Position numbers and translations under genes: made by a program
Source of the DNA: Octopus sinensis
Taxonomy: Eukaryota
Assembly (NCBI RefSeq): GCF_006345805.1
Contig: NC_042997.1
Location: 212,412,001 to 212,476,000 of the forward strand
DNA: 64,000 nucleotides
Direction: 5' to 3'
Shown here: positions 47,059 to 59,463 of the stretch, in pieces
Position numbering within the stretch: position 1 is the stretch's first letter
How the letters are laid out: each line of letters starts with the position of its first letter
Notes under the pieces: model-generated
Databases searched by the model: none
The model's input: the letters and a program-made list of their open reading frames with translations, nothing else
Told to the model about the DNA's origin: nothing

Positions 47059-48291
47059 TTACAGTTATAACAACTGAATACTGTAAAACTGTTTAATCCT
47101 GTTTCTTTGTAATCAAGAAACTAATTACTTACGTAATAGTAGTAACGAGGAAACCCATGAATTGAATGACATGCTTAAATGAAGTAACTGTTAATGGTGG
47201 TAGTGGTAGTAGTAGTAGTAGTAGTAGTAGTAGTAAGCAATGATACTGTTCTGTGCAGTGAATAACTAAATGAAAGTCAATATCTCATAATTGTGTAGGA
47301 GAGCAGCAGAATGGTTTATAAGGTTGCAGCTAAATGGTATTGATGACTGGAGAATTATAGGAAACCATGGACATACTCTAATTGTGAAAATTGGTGCATT
47401 TCAACTTAAAACGTAGCCCTGGGGGTCAATATCTGGTTAAAATGTTATCAGCTGAGTTATGGTGATTCTGAATAATACTTATTGGGGTAAAGACAGTCCT
47501 GTATAATCTCAGAAAATATCAGATTACATTTCTGGAATGATATTGGGATATATTAGTATATAAAGAATAATATAATTTATTATATATTTGTAAATCAGGA
47601 TTTATATTACATCTATATATATATATATTACTGATATTTCTTGCTGTCTGCATGGCTCTGTAATTAAGGAGTATGTTTTGCCAGGTTTGATCCCATTCTG
47701 TGGTAGAGGATGAGTCATTTTTCCAAAGGCGGATTTTTTTCTGAGTGAAATTTTTGAGGTGAAAACTGTGAAGAAACCTGCTTTATAATAAATGTAGATT
47801 CACATTGTGTGTTGGTGTGTGTGTGTGTCTATTACTGAAATTGAATTATTATCTCATGACTGAAGTTTGATGCAACTGCAGTATCGCGAAACGTGAATGG
47901 TAAGAGAATAAAAGCTCATGCCTCACGTGCGTTGAGCTTTACCTTTCTCATTTGTTCAGCTTAATTCAATGTTTGATCTGATCTGAGATCATGTGCTGAA
48001 TCAAAAACAATTGCAGCATGGACGGTGTTTAGAAGCCATTTAAAAACACAAAAAACTGTTAGATTCACTTCAACATTTAAATTTAATTTTCCAATATATA
48101 TATATATATTCAAATAAAGGCTATAAACCTCATTAAGAGATAATAAAATCCAATGAAAATACTGGTTAGCTACCAATCCACAGAAAGTTCAAGTATAAGG
48201 TGACTATATGAAAAGAATAAAGAGAAACTGGAGAAGCAATAAATAAAATAATATTTTATTAATTACCTCTCCATTTTCTCCTTCTTCGTTA

Positions 48292-48370
<79 letters not shown>

Positions 48371-48992
48371 CTACAGTGTCAATGGTTCTGCAGTTTGACA
48401 TAGTTTGTCATTTTGAACGCTTTAACTGCTCTGCATGGGATTGGTTCTCTGTGAGGCTGTTGAGAAATGAAATATTCTAAGGATGCCATTATATTGCATC
48501 AATATTTTTAATTGACAGTTTTAATGAATGTCTTTTGAAATTGAAAAATTTCATCAAATCACAGTTGCCTCCTTCTATTAGGAAACAATGGTCAAGAAAT
48601 CCAACCTCTGCATTTTACTTAAAAATCTGTTGTTAACTCTTTGACTGGTTTCAGTCTCTGAACTGTCACCCTGCTGGTGCCCTCCCTCGCCAATTCTCTT
48701 GGGGCCGAGTTCTTTTCTTTTTTATATTTTTAAAATCTCTTTTTGTTAAAGGGCAACATTGCCTTTGATGTAACTTTGACTGATTTACTTTAGTAAACAG
48801 TGGTATAGGCACACACACACACACACACACACATGACAATGTCTGAGCTGGGCAAAACTTCAGAGTCACTGTTTATAATATTCCTGTTTAAGTTTAATAA
48901 ATTTTTACTCTACAAAAATATAGAGTAACCATCAGATTAATATAAAATTGTTGTAACTGATTATAAAAACAAACAGTAACATAACATTATAT

Positions 48993-49220
48993 ATTTCTTT
49001 ATTGCCCACAAGGGGCTAAACATAGAAGGGACAAACAAGGACAGACAAAGGGATTAAGTCGATTATATCGACCCAGTGCGAAACTGGTACTTTATTTATC
49101 GACCCCGAGAGGATGAAAGGCAAAGTCGACCCCGGCGGAATTTGAACTCAGAACGTAACGACAGATGAAATACTGCTAAGCATTTCATCCGGCACGCTAA
49201 CGTTTCTGCCAGCTCGCCGC
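48993..49220 (-). mobile_element. SINE family A with TSD
   Basis: cataacattatat at 48980-48992 and 49221-49233. Confidence 0.9.
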
Positions 49221-49266
49221 CATAACATTATATGTGCGCACACACACACACACACACACACGTGAC

Positions 49267-49604
49267 GATGATGATGATAGCTGTGTGGTTGTACATAAAA
49301 TGTTTGCTTTGCAAGCACATGGGTCTGAGTTCAATCCTATAATGCTGCAGAAACCTTTTGCTGCCCAGCAACAGATGAGTGAAACTGGGAGGACAAAAGC
49401 TGAACACATGTTGGACACACACATATATATATGTGTGTGTGTGTGTGTGTCCACACCCAACTTGTGTTCAGCTTCTGTCCTCCCAGTTTCACTCATCTGT
49501 TGCTGGGCAGCAAAAGGGTTCCGCAGCATTATAGGATTGAACTCAGACCCATGTGCTTGCAAAGCAAACATTTTATGTACAACCACACAGCTATCATCAT
49601 CATC
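49267..49604. repeat. Long near-perfect inverted repeat (148-bp arms, tRNA-SINE-like head)
   Basis: 49267-49414 versus 49457-49604, ~4 mismatches; spacer (CA)n(TA)n(TG)n. Confidence 0.92.
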
Positions 49605-50030
49605 ATCATAATCATCGTTTAACGTCCGTTTTCCGCGCTAGCACGGGTTGGACGGTTCGACCGGGGTCTGAGAAGCCAGGGGCTGCACCAGGCTCCAGTC
49701 TGGCAGAGTTTCTACAGCTGGATGCCCTTCCTAATGCCAACCATTCCGCGAGTGTAGTGGGTGCTTTTTACGTGCCACCTGCACAGGTGCCTGGGGGTCT
49801 GGCATATCATCGTTTAATGTCTGCTTTCCATGCTGGCATGGATTGAACAGTTTGACAGGACCTGGCAGGCCAGGGAGCTGTGCTGACTCCTATTGTCTGT
49901 TGTAGCATGTTTTCTATGGCTGGATACCCTTCCTAATGCCAACCACTTTACAGAGTGTCCACTGGTGCATTTTTGCAGCCCCAGCATGAGTGCATTTTAT
50001 GTGGCACTAGCACCTGTGAGGGACAAGCCT
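49605..50030 (-). mobile_element. Two stacked RTE tail fragments
   Basis: Tail motif starts twice, at ~49610 and ~49806. Confidence 0.8.
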
Positions 50031-51537
50031 GCATCTATGACTGACAGCAGTTTTACTTAAGTATGGCTGCGTTTATGTATGAATATAACTGTGTCTGTTT
50101 TCACTACAGTCACATGGTTATACATGCACCTATGCACACACACACACACACACACACATTACATCTAATGAAAAATACACGAATATGAAATATAAAAGAT
50201 AAAAGATGTTTCTTCCTCCTTTCTTACCTGTTTACTGCTCTAATTGGTTCTTAAATGAATTAAATTATCTGCTTTAGAATTAAATTACAAATGAGTGTTC
50301 CAGTAATAACTAGCTTAAAAGCTTTTAGATGTTTGCCTTGCTCTCTTCTCCACCCAGTTTGTCTGTTCCTTTATCAACATTGATTGGCAGGTATTAAATA
50401 AATATAAAACGATATTACAATAAAATACTTATTGAATTGGGTCTACTCTATGGAGTGGCCTATCTTTGAAACGTTCTCACATATTTGTTGAATAGTATTC
50501 TGTGGATGGTTTATGAAATGATTATCATCATTATTATTTCTTTATTTGAAAAGAAAAGCAGGCTACTATTGTCAGACCTAAAAATTCTTTACAGAGGCTG
50601 TATTCCAACAAATTAGGAGAATGGAAAGCCAATTATAAATACTTTATTTGAAAATTTAAATTTGTTGAAGATGTATTATTTTATGCCAATTGAGATGCAT
50701 TTGTTAACTAGACCCAAGAAAAATTCCACAATAGAGAAATATTTTTTTTAATTGCGTTTCAAAAATACTGAGTAATTGAAGGAATAGGGATTTAAAATCT
50801 ATAATAATAACCATTGTTTTGTAACATAATTTTAAAAATATGTTTTTAACTGAATCCCTTTTTTTTTTATTATTATTATTATTATTTGACTATTTGACTA
50901 CAAATAGCTTTCAAAGCACCAGTGGGTATTAGGGAGGTGACTTCACAGAAATATGACACATATTTGTGTTGTTTGGAGAAAGTCATTAAATAATTACAGT
51001 CAGAACTCCGATGAAGTTCCAACAACAAAAGATAAAAACTTGAATTTTTGTAATTGCTTTTCAACTCTGTTCAATATAAATGTTATTATTTTATCAAACT
51101 GTTTGCTTAAAACATGTTGTTACTAATTCTTTAACCCTTTCAAATCCAGAACCCCTGCTGATCCTCTTATAAAACTCTTCCATACCGCTGGCTTTACTGT
51201 AAAATTTTTCTGATAATGGTGATCTGATTATTCTAAGATCCATTTTACTGAGGGTCGAATTTAGTGACTTGAAATTAAATCTTTTTAAGAAAAATGCTTT
51301 CATTTTTCTTCTTTCTTTATTTTAATAACTTTTAATAGAATCTTTATTTTACTGAATTATGTTCTGCTTCTCTGTTAATAAAACAGTTTTTTTTTTCTGT
51401 GTTTTGTTTGTATATAACCCCCTTGTTTTTTTTTTGGTGGGTTTTTTTTTCAGTCAAAAGTTCTTTCTCTCTGTTTAAATGTTTAAACTTTATTTCTTAA
51501 CTGCATAAAATATCTATTTCTGTATTCTTATTTGCAG

Positions 51538-51701
51538 CTTTTCTGCTTGGTAATGAAAGTGTAGAAAAACTTTCTGATATCAAGATGTTAGTGTCTCAGT
51601 TATATAGCTCACTAAACATTGAACAGTACCAATTAGAAAGAGAAAACGATTTGCTACAGAGGTTAGAGGATCTTAAACTCCAACTGGAACCACTAGAAAA
51701 G
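51538..51701 (+). CDS. MCU: MCU coding exon (linker and coiled-coil 1; equivalent to human residues ~166-219)
   Basis: tttgcag acceptor and AAG|gtaacg donor; encodes (T)FLLGNESVEKLSDIKMLVSQLYSSLNIEQYQLERENDLLQRLEDLKLQLEPLEK, versus human DLLSHENAATLNDVKTLVQQLYTTLCIEQHQLNKERELIERLEDLKEQLAPLEK. Confidence 0.96.
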
Positions 51702-52689
51702 GTAACGCTTCCCTTCTTTTTGTTTCTAAATTAAAATTTAAAGTCATTCTGATTAATTAATAAATTTATAGCAGTTGAATTGTTTTGATAATTTAATTTA
51801 CATTTTCTAAATTGTTTTTAACCTTGAAAATGTTAATATTTCTTCAAGAAAGTTGTAAAATATAGACATTATTTTCCACACAAGCTTTTAATTATATTCC
51901 AACAATCTCAGAGAGTCCATAAAATAAAACACAAGAATAGAGAATGGCTCACTTTTGCTGGTTGAAAAGTGAGCTTAGTGAGAGTTAATGTTTATTTAGA
52001 CTTGATGGATATATCAAATTCTTATTGTGCAACTGTGTCCACTCCTTGCTAACACCAGACTTACTCCTTTTCTGAGACCACACACAAGAATTTGTACCTC
52101 TGTTTTTTGGCTTATCAAAAACCTAACTAAGTCCTATGCCTTCATCTTGTCACTTGTACACAGCACACAACTATTCCTCTTTGCTCCAACATCTCTTCAA
52201 TCTCACCTGACCTACATCTCATAGTTATTGATGGTAGCCTGAAGTTTTAAACCATTCAGGGAGAATAAAGTGTGTCAACAGTATGAGAGTCTGTGGGACT
52301 GTTTTGGTCACGTCTGAAAGGTATCACACTGGTCAGTTATTTCCAGCCAGAGATAATATGATTTATTGTTTCCTCTCCATCTCCACATATTCTGCAGTTA
52401 CTTGTTATGTTTCTTTTCATTACATTAATTTCTGGTGGGGAGGCTTTGGTCTTGTGCTGCAATTAAAAATCCTTCAGTCTCTGCTTTAAGTCCTGAGCTT
52501 CTCAACCATTGTTAGGATTTTGCTTAGTCTCTTTCTTGTTACTATCACCACCACCACCACCACCATTATTATTATTACTAATCTGTGAGTGTTGGTACTA
52601 TAATAGCAAAAATCAGGTTTTAAATTTATCTTGGCAACTTTTGGCTATGGAACTGTAGAAAACGTATATATTTGACTATCGAGAAGTGG

Positions 52690-52900
52690 TGGAGTGTGAT
52701 ATGGCCTCGTCCCATGTACAGAGCTTCAAGTCGTCCAGGAAGGGGTCATACCCAACAATTGGTGTAGCATCATTTTTATCAACAGCCACAAAGATGAAAG
52801 AGAAGCCTTGGACAAAAATAAATATGGACATATCAGATTACTAGACCAGGTCATGAAAGGTACAGAAAGGGTCATAGGTCAAGTAATTAGAAAGAGAGGG
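52690..52900 (+). mobile_element. RTE RT N-terminal remnant
   Basis: GVIPNNWCSIIFIN..ALDKNKYGHIRLLDQVMK.TERVI. Confidence 0.75.
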
Positions 52901-53146
52901 CTGGGATGAAGTGGTGAAGAATGTTCTAAACAAAGCTGAGCTTCACAGGGGAGATGACGAAGGACTGAGACAAATGGCAATTTGCTAAAATTTTAGCTGC
53001 ATAAATGGTGTGATTGCCAATAGTCAGGACAATAACTTGTGTGTCTAACAGAGATTCAAAGTAAACTTTCAAAAAATATTTCAGTAAATAATGCTATTGT
53101 TGCCCATCTGGTGAACAGCCAAGGAGTGAAAGCAGATGCAAGAGTC

Positions 53147-53410
53147 ATCATCATCATCATCATCATTTAATGTCCATTGTCCATGCTGGCATGGGTTGGA
53201 TGGTTTGACCAGGGATGGCATGCTGGAAGGCTGCACCAGACTCCAGTCTGATTTGGCAGGGTTTCTATGGCTGGACGCCCTTCCTAATGCCAACCACTCT
53301 GAGAAAGTAAGGGCTCTTTTAACATGCCGCTGGCATGGGTGCCATTTTGCCTGACCCCAGTATCTGCCACAACTGCAATTTTGCTCAGCTTGGTGGGTCT
53401 TCACCACTCT
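53147..53410 (-). mobile_element. RTE tail fragment
   Basis: Shared tail motif. Confidence 0.8.
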
Positions 53411-54851
53411 GAAGAAATCGGCCAAAGAAGAATGATTTGTAAAAGTACAAAATCACGGTGGTGCTCCAGCATGACTGAAATGAATAAAAGAGTATATATA
53501 TGTGTGTGTGTGTATACACACACACACATATCATTCCTTTCTAAATTTTCATTTCTTTCAAAATGAAACTAGCTATTATTTCAGAAGATTTATTTGGTTA
53601 AAAGGGAAACCTGTAATTTTCTTGCCATTGACCTAAATGTTTTTACAATATTTTAGCTTGTTTTAATGAACATGGTAATTAGGAGCATTAGCATTCGTTA
53701 ACTTTTCCACTCCTTTGCATAAACATCTCTGTCCCTCTCTCTCGCTTTCATTATAAGACCACTTCTACCTAAATTCTTTTCTTATCATCCATAATGAGTT
53801 CCTGACCGAATTCTTCATCAGTGATTGTTTCCAACATCACCTGCTTTTCCTGCCCAGACTTCCATTGTACCCCTAATTATCAGAGTCAGCATGTCATTAT
53901 TTCTATCTTTCCCTTCCTCACACTGTCTTTAACCGTGTGATGTGTTTGGGGTCCCTGGACTTCAGGCAACCTGTGTCAAAGAGTGTCTCTGCTACTTTTA
54001 ATCTGAATCTGATTTCTATGTAAACCTAATTTTATGCTCCCATCCTGCTATGCACTGCCCCCTACATTGATCCCCTTTCAATCAATTCTATAATGTATTA
54101 ACTTTAAGCATTCTAGGAAGATAAAGTCCCCCAAACCAAATTACTGGGTAAAGATTTATTAAACTAACTTAATCCCCTTAAACTTTTTTGATATGAACCC
54201 ACTCACTGGCTTTATAAGAACCTTCCAGTTTTAAAGGGACCTCAATTAGAGCCTTCTTCCATCAAAATTTCAGGTTAATTTATGTTCTAAACCCCAGTTT
54301 GATAACAACAAATTTATTTTCTTGAATTATTCATTAATTTCATAATTAGTTGAAATGGTATGCTTAATGAAACATTGAATAAGATGAGATTGGTCACAAA
54401 TAGAATGGTCTTGATCAAGGTTTTGCTCCACCAGGGTTAGCAAGGAATTAAACAACAATAAAAACAGTAACAGCAACATTGTGTATGCCATGCTAATTAG
54501 GAAATCACTATGTACTTGTTCAACCCGCTGGAAATAACAGCTGAGTTTCACTCATGTGTACTGCTAAAAATACAAATGGTATATTTGACCAGAGATTTCC
54601 AAACTGTGTTTCAGGACTCTAGTTTGTTGATAACCTCAGATGTGTTCCTAAAATAAGTAAGTCAAATCTAATTGCTTTTCTTTAAGGAGTATTTAACTGT
54701 GAAATTCATTTGATACACATACACACACATTCACGCACACACATACATGCACACATGCAAGCATGCATGCACACACGCATACATGCATGCATACACGCAT
54801 ATGTAAATACATGCAGACATACAAACATACATATCATTTAAATATATATAA

Positions 54852-55193
54852 GCCGTTCGCCAGCCTCGTCTGGCACCTGTGTCGGTGGCACATAAAAAAC
54901 ACCATCCGAGCGTGGTCGTCTGCCAGCCTTGTCTGGCACCTGTGTCGGTGGCACATAAAAACACCATCCGAGCGTGGCCGTTCGCCAGCCTCGTCTGGCA
55001 CCTGTGTCGGTGGCACATAAAATCACCCACTACACTCTCGGCGTGGTTGGCGTTAGGAAGGGCATCCAGCTGTAGAAACACTGCCAGATCTGACTGGCTT
55101 GGTGCAGCCTTCGGGCTCCCCAGACCCCAGTTGAACCGTCCAACCCATGCTAGCATGGAAAGCGGACGTTAAATGATGATGATGATGATGATG
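54852..55193 (+). mobile_element. RTE 3'UTR with three ~62-bp internal tandem repeats and (GAT)n tail
   Basis: Unit starts at 54852, 54915 and 54977. Confidence 0.9.
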
Positions 55194-55499
55194 AAAAACA
55201 GTGTATTTCAACAGAAATATGGGTGCAAAGGGGCTAAACTTGATTTTTGTTGTTTTGTTTTTTGTTTCATTTGCTCTGCTGGTAGGGACTTGGCACAAGA
55301 CCCTTAAAGGCTCTCAATGAGAATGATGTGGTTTAGGTTTACATTTCTCTTGATTAGTTGGCAGTTGCAGGACAGCAACATAAACCTGTTCTCATACAGC
55401 ACCAGACTTCTTAGTTAACCTATACAGTAGTGGTAGCAGTAGTAGTAGTGGTAGTAGTAGTGGACATAACAGAAAGGGTTTGTTGCGAAATATTTTGTT

Positions 55500-55766
55500 G
55501 CCGCCTTGACTGGCTTCCGTGCCGGTGGTACGTAAAAAGCACCAACCGATCTTGGCCGTTTGCCAGCCTCCCCTGGCACCTGTGCAGGTGGCACGTAAAA
55601 AGCAGCCACTACACTCACGGAGTGGTTGGCGTTAGGAAGGGCACCCAGCTGTAGAAACACTGCCAGATCAGACTGGAGCCTGGTGCAGCCTCCTGGCTTC
55701 CCAGACCCTAGTCAAACCGTCCAACCCATGCCAGCATGGAAAGTGGATGTTAAACGATGATGATGA
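55500..55766 (+). mobile_element. RTE 3'UTR/tail fragment
   Basis: Shared tail motif. Confidence 0.88.
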
Positions 55767-55989
55767 GTGGCAGAAAAAACCAGTTTTATATAGAACTGGA
55801 ATTAGGTTGGTGAACAAAGACCGCCATACACACACACACACGTACAACAGGCTTCCACACAGTTTCCATCTACCATGTTCACTGTCAAAGCATTGGCTAG
55901 TGCAGTAGAAGACACATGGCTATGGGGGTTACGAGGTAAGCTTCTTCATACGGCTGTGCCTGCACTCACACACGCACACAGTTAGGGAA

Positions 55990-56870
55990 TTGTATCCCTT
56001 CCCTTCTGCGGTTACATTCCCCCCTCCCTACCTCTCATCCCTTTCCCTACACTATTTCCACCAATCACCTCCTTTCTCTGCTTTCACTCACTGTTCTCCC
56101 CCCCTCCACTATACTCCGTTCTTAACACTCTCACCTGCTTTCATTTTCAATTTCCTTTCATATCTATCTCCATGCCCCATGGTGTATCTCTACATCTTCC
56201 TCTCTCCATTGCCTCTACTCCTTGCACACCACTGCTTTCTGATCTATCCACCTTCCTGAACCACCCCTATATCTCTTACCTTATTCCCCTTCAACCGCAG
56301 ACCCCATCCTTCTTCATCACCCTACTCCTCACTTGGCCCCTACCATGATCCACTGTCCATACCCATTCTTTCTTATTCCTTCAGTATTTATTCTAGCACC
56401 TCATCGCTCTCTTCCTTTCATCTCCTTCAGCCGTGTATCTCTCCTCTATAGCAAAACACCTGTACTTGTCCCTCTGCCCTTCTATCAGCCTATCAACCCC
56501 TGGCACACAGTCACCCATCTCTTTCTTCCCATCTCAAATACTCCCCCTCTTGGTAGTTGTAGCTTCTTCTTTATCCCTGTTCTTTTTCTGTCTTGTCAAT
56601 TTACGTAGCAACCTCACTTGCGCCAATGGCAGGGGGCAAAAAAAATCACCCTCTACACTCTGTAAAGTGGTTTGGGGCTTGACACATTTGCGCAGCTTGC
56701 TGGTTCCTGTCAACCCAAGTCAGTCAGGAAAAAGATGTTAAATGATGATGACATAGAGATTTTACTTCAGTCTAGTCAGTCTCTTGCTACTCTAAGTGTT
56801 GCTTGTTTGTCCAACCCATGCCGGCATGGAAAGCGGACATTTGATGACGACAGCAATGATGATGATGAGT
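55990..56870 (+). mobile_element. C/T-rich tract followed by RTE-type tails
   Basis: Same layout as 32380 and 39640; shares acacctgtactt with ~40063. Confidence 0.6.
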
Positions 56871-56886
56871 TCACAAAATTTATAAC

Positions 56887-56932
56887 TTGTCTGAAGATCC
56901 TGTGTACCAACTAGCGAAAATTAGAGTCGCAA
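56887..56932 (+). ncRNA. Degenerate hammerhead-like motif
   Basis: TTGT-CTGAAGA-T..ctagc-GAAA-attagag-TC-GCAA; stem I intact, stems II and III damaged. Confidence 0.4.
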
Positions 56933-57010
56933 AAAACTAACATGACAAATAAAGCTTACCATTAATCTCTACTGTGGTATTCAGAAGGCTTTCATTTCTG
57001 ACACTTAACA

Positions 57011-57049
<39 letters not shown>

Positions 57050-57298
57050 TACAGACACACACACACACACATACATACACACATATACACACATACACAT
57101 ACACATGCACACATAAATATGCACACACACATACATACACATACATATACACACACGTACATATACACACATATACACACACATACACACACATACACAT
57201 ACACACACATACACATATACACACACATATACACACACACATACACACACACATACATACACACACATATACATATACACACATATACACACATATAC

Positions 57299-57329
<31 letters not shown>

Positions 57330-57600
57330 TACAGACACACACACACACACACACATACATACACACACATACACACACACATACACATACACATGCACAC
57401 ATAAATATGCACACACACATACATACACATACATATACACACACGTACATATACACACATATACACACACATACACACACATACACATACACACACATAC
57501 ACATATACACACACATATACACACACACATACACACACACATACATACACACACATATACATATACACACATATACACACATATACATATATATATATAT
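57011..57600. repeat. Compound (CA/TA) cryptic microsatellite, tandemly duplicated with ~288-bp period
   Basis: Marker catgcacacataaatat occurs at 57104 and 57392. Confidence 0.9.
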
Positions 57601-57775
57601 AACAAAAGACGAAGACAGGTGGTGTACAAAACAAACAGATGTATTAGTATAACGCTCAGGAATAGAAAGTCTTTTACGTTTTGAGCCTACGCTCTTCTAC
57701 AGAAAGGGACACAGAAAAAAACAAGGAGAGAAAAAAATGTGTGTAGTGGCTTACGATCTATCATGGCGACTGATA
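57601..57775 (-). mobile_element. Third copy of the 46427 family; hammerhead motif 57669-57710 with G12->A
   Basis: Reverse complement of the 180-bp unit; reads GCTC-AAAA-CG instead of GCTC-GAAA-CG. Confidence 0.85.
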
Positions 57776-57783
57776 TATGTGTC

Positions 57784-57856
<73 letters not shown>

Positions 57857-58260
57857 ATACATACAATGTAGATTGGATTAAAATCCAAGTTGTGTCCTCT
57901 TGAAGCAATCTTGCTTATTTCAGTATTTCAAATCTGTGGATGTTATATTTGTGTGAAATATTCACAAGAGTTGAAAACTCTGGGAAATATTTTTTTGCAG
58001 AGTAATGTGTTTCATTTGCAGGAGATGCAAAACTGTGTGTGTTAGATGAACATAAGAAATTCTTCTCAGAGAGAATCAAACACTACATTCTCAGTCTGAA
58101 GAATTTCCAATAAGAGATATCTTGCCTGTCTTCTAATATCTGTACAGTTTTGTAATTCCTACTAGCTAATGAAACATGTGTAATGGTGAATAAATAATGG
58201 CAAAAAGTTTTCCAATCTCCTGTTTTTTACACACACACACACACACACGTGTGTGTGTAT

Positions 58261-58432
58261 ATCATCATCATCTTTTAGCGTCCGCTTTCCATGCTAGCAT
58301 GGGTTGGATGGTTCAACTGGGGTCTGGGAAGCCAGAAGGCGGCACTAGGCCCAGTCTGATCTGGCAATGTTTCTACGGCTGGATGCCCTTCCTAATGCCA
58401 ACCACTCTGTGAGTGTAGTGGGTGCTTTTTAC
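58261..58432 (-). mobile_element. RTE tail fragment
   Basis: Shared tail motif. Confidence 0.85.
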
Positions 58433-58613
58433 GATCCAAATAAGCAACAAGGATATCCAAGGTAGTGTAGTACAATCGTTTCATGCTACTTCATTTTATT
58501 AAACAATGTAAGTATTACATCAGTTTTAAAATGTAGAGCAATCTTCAGCCACATATAGAATTTTTTTAATTAAATGGACAATGTACATTTTTATACTTAT
58601 TTCATTTGCCAAC

Positions 58614-58654
<41 letters not shown>

Positions 58655-59221
58655 TATATGAGAGAAAGAGAGATGAGCAGGGAAGTATTTTTGGTGACCA
58701 ATGGAAGTAGTTTAGGATGCAGGAAATAGGGAGGATTAACAGTGAAGTCTCCCATATTTTAGTTAGCATCTCCCTTCATTTTCAGTTGGGTCCATGATAC
58801 AGATGCAACCAGTGGATATCTTACTTTAATGATTTTCCTTTGTAAGATAACACAGTTTTTTAAAAGCTCTGTGAATGTAAGATAAAATCATAAACATTGC
58901 TAAATAGGTTTGTTCCCCCCTGCCCCCCCCCTCCTCTATCACACATTCACAATCACCAAATTGTAGAATTGTGAACATCTCTATATTTTAATAGACTATG
59001 TTTAGTTATCTTAGGGAAACTGACACAGTTTATGTTGAGTGGTTTTTGAAAATGAAAAAAAAAAAACCCAAAAAAACTTCGAGTGGTGTACGACTTGGAA
59101 TCTATCAAGAAACAAGCTTTTACAGAAATGAAAGTTTTATTTCATTTCTGCCATCAATAAATATTAAATGACTGCAAAGTGGTTCCTACTGCAGCACCAG
59201 TGTTTGGCAGCAGAGTAGTCC

Positions 59222-59413
59222 TCTTTTACTTGTTTCAGTCTTTTGACTGCGGCCATGCTGGAGCACCGCCTTTAGTCGAGCAAATCGACCCCAGGACTTA
59301 TTCTTTGTAAGCCTACTACTTATTCTATCGGTCTGTTTTGCCGAACCGCTAAGTTACGGCGACGTAAACACACCAGCATCGGTTGTCAAGTGATGTTTGG
59401 GAGACAAACACAG

Positions 59414-59463
<50 letters not shown>

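Noticed and set aside
47855-47905. Hammerhead-like ctgaag..gcgaaacg
   Set aside because: A9 is absent, position 17 is G and no stem I can form.
51094-51303. Protein-like 69-aa minus-strand ORF just upstream of the MCU exon
   Set aside because: No recognisable homology or splice support; the length is within chance expectation.
56937-57684. Long His/Thr- and Cys/Val-rich ORFs (177-236 aa)
   Set aside because: These are translations of a CA/TA microsatellite on both strands.
58021-58115. Possible next MCU exon after tttcatttgcag
   Set aside because: No frame encodes the expected TM1/WDIMEP region, and the phase-0 frame stops after 7 codons.
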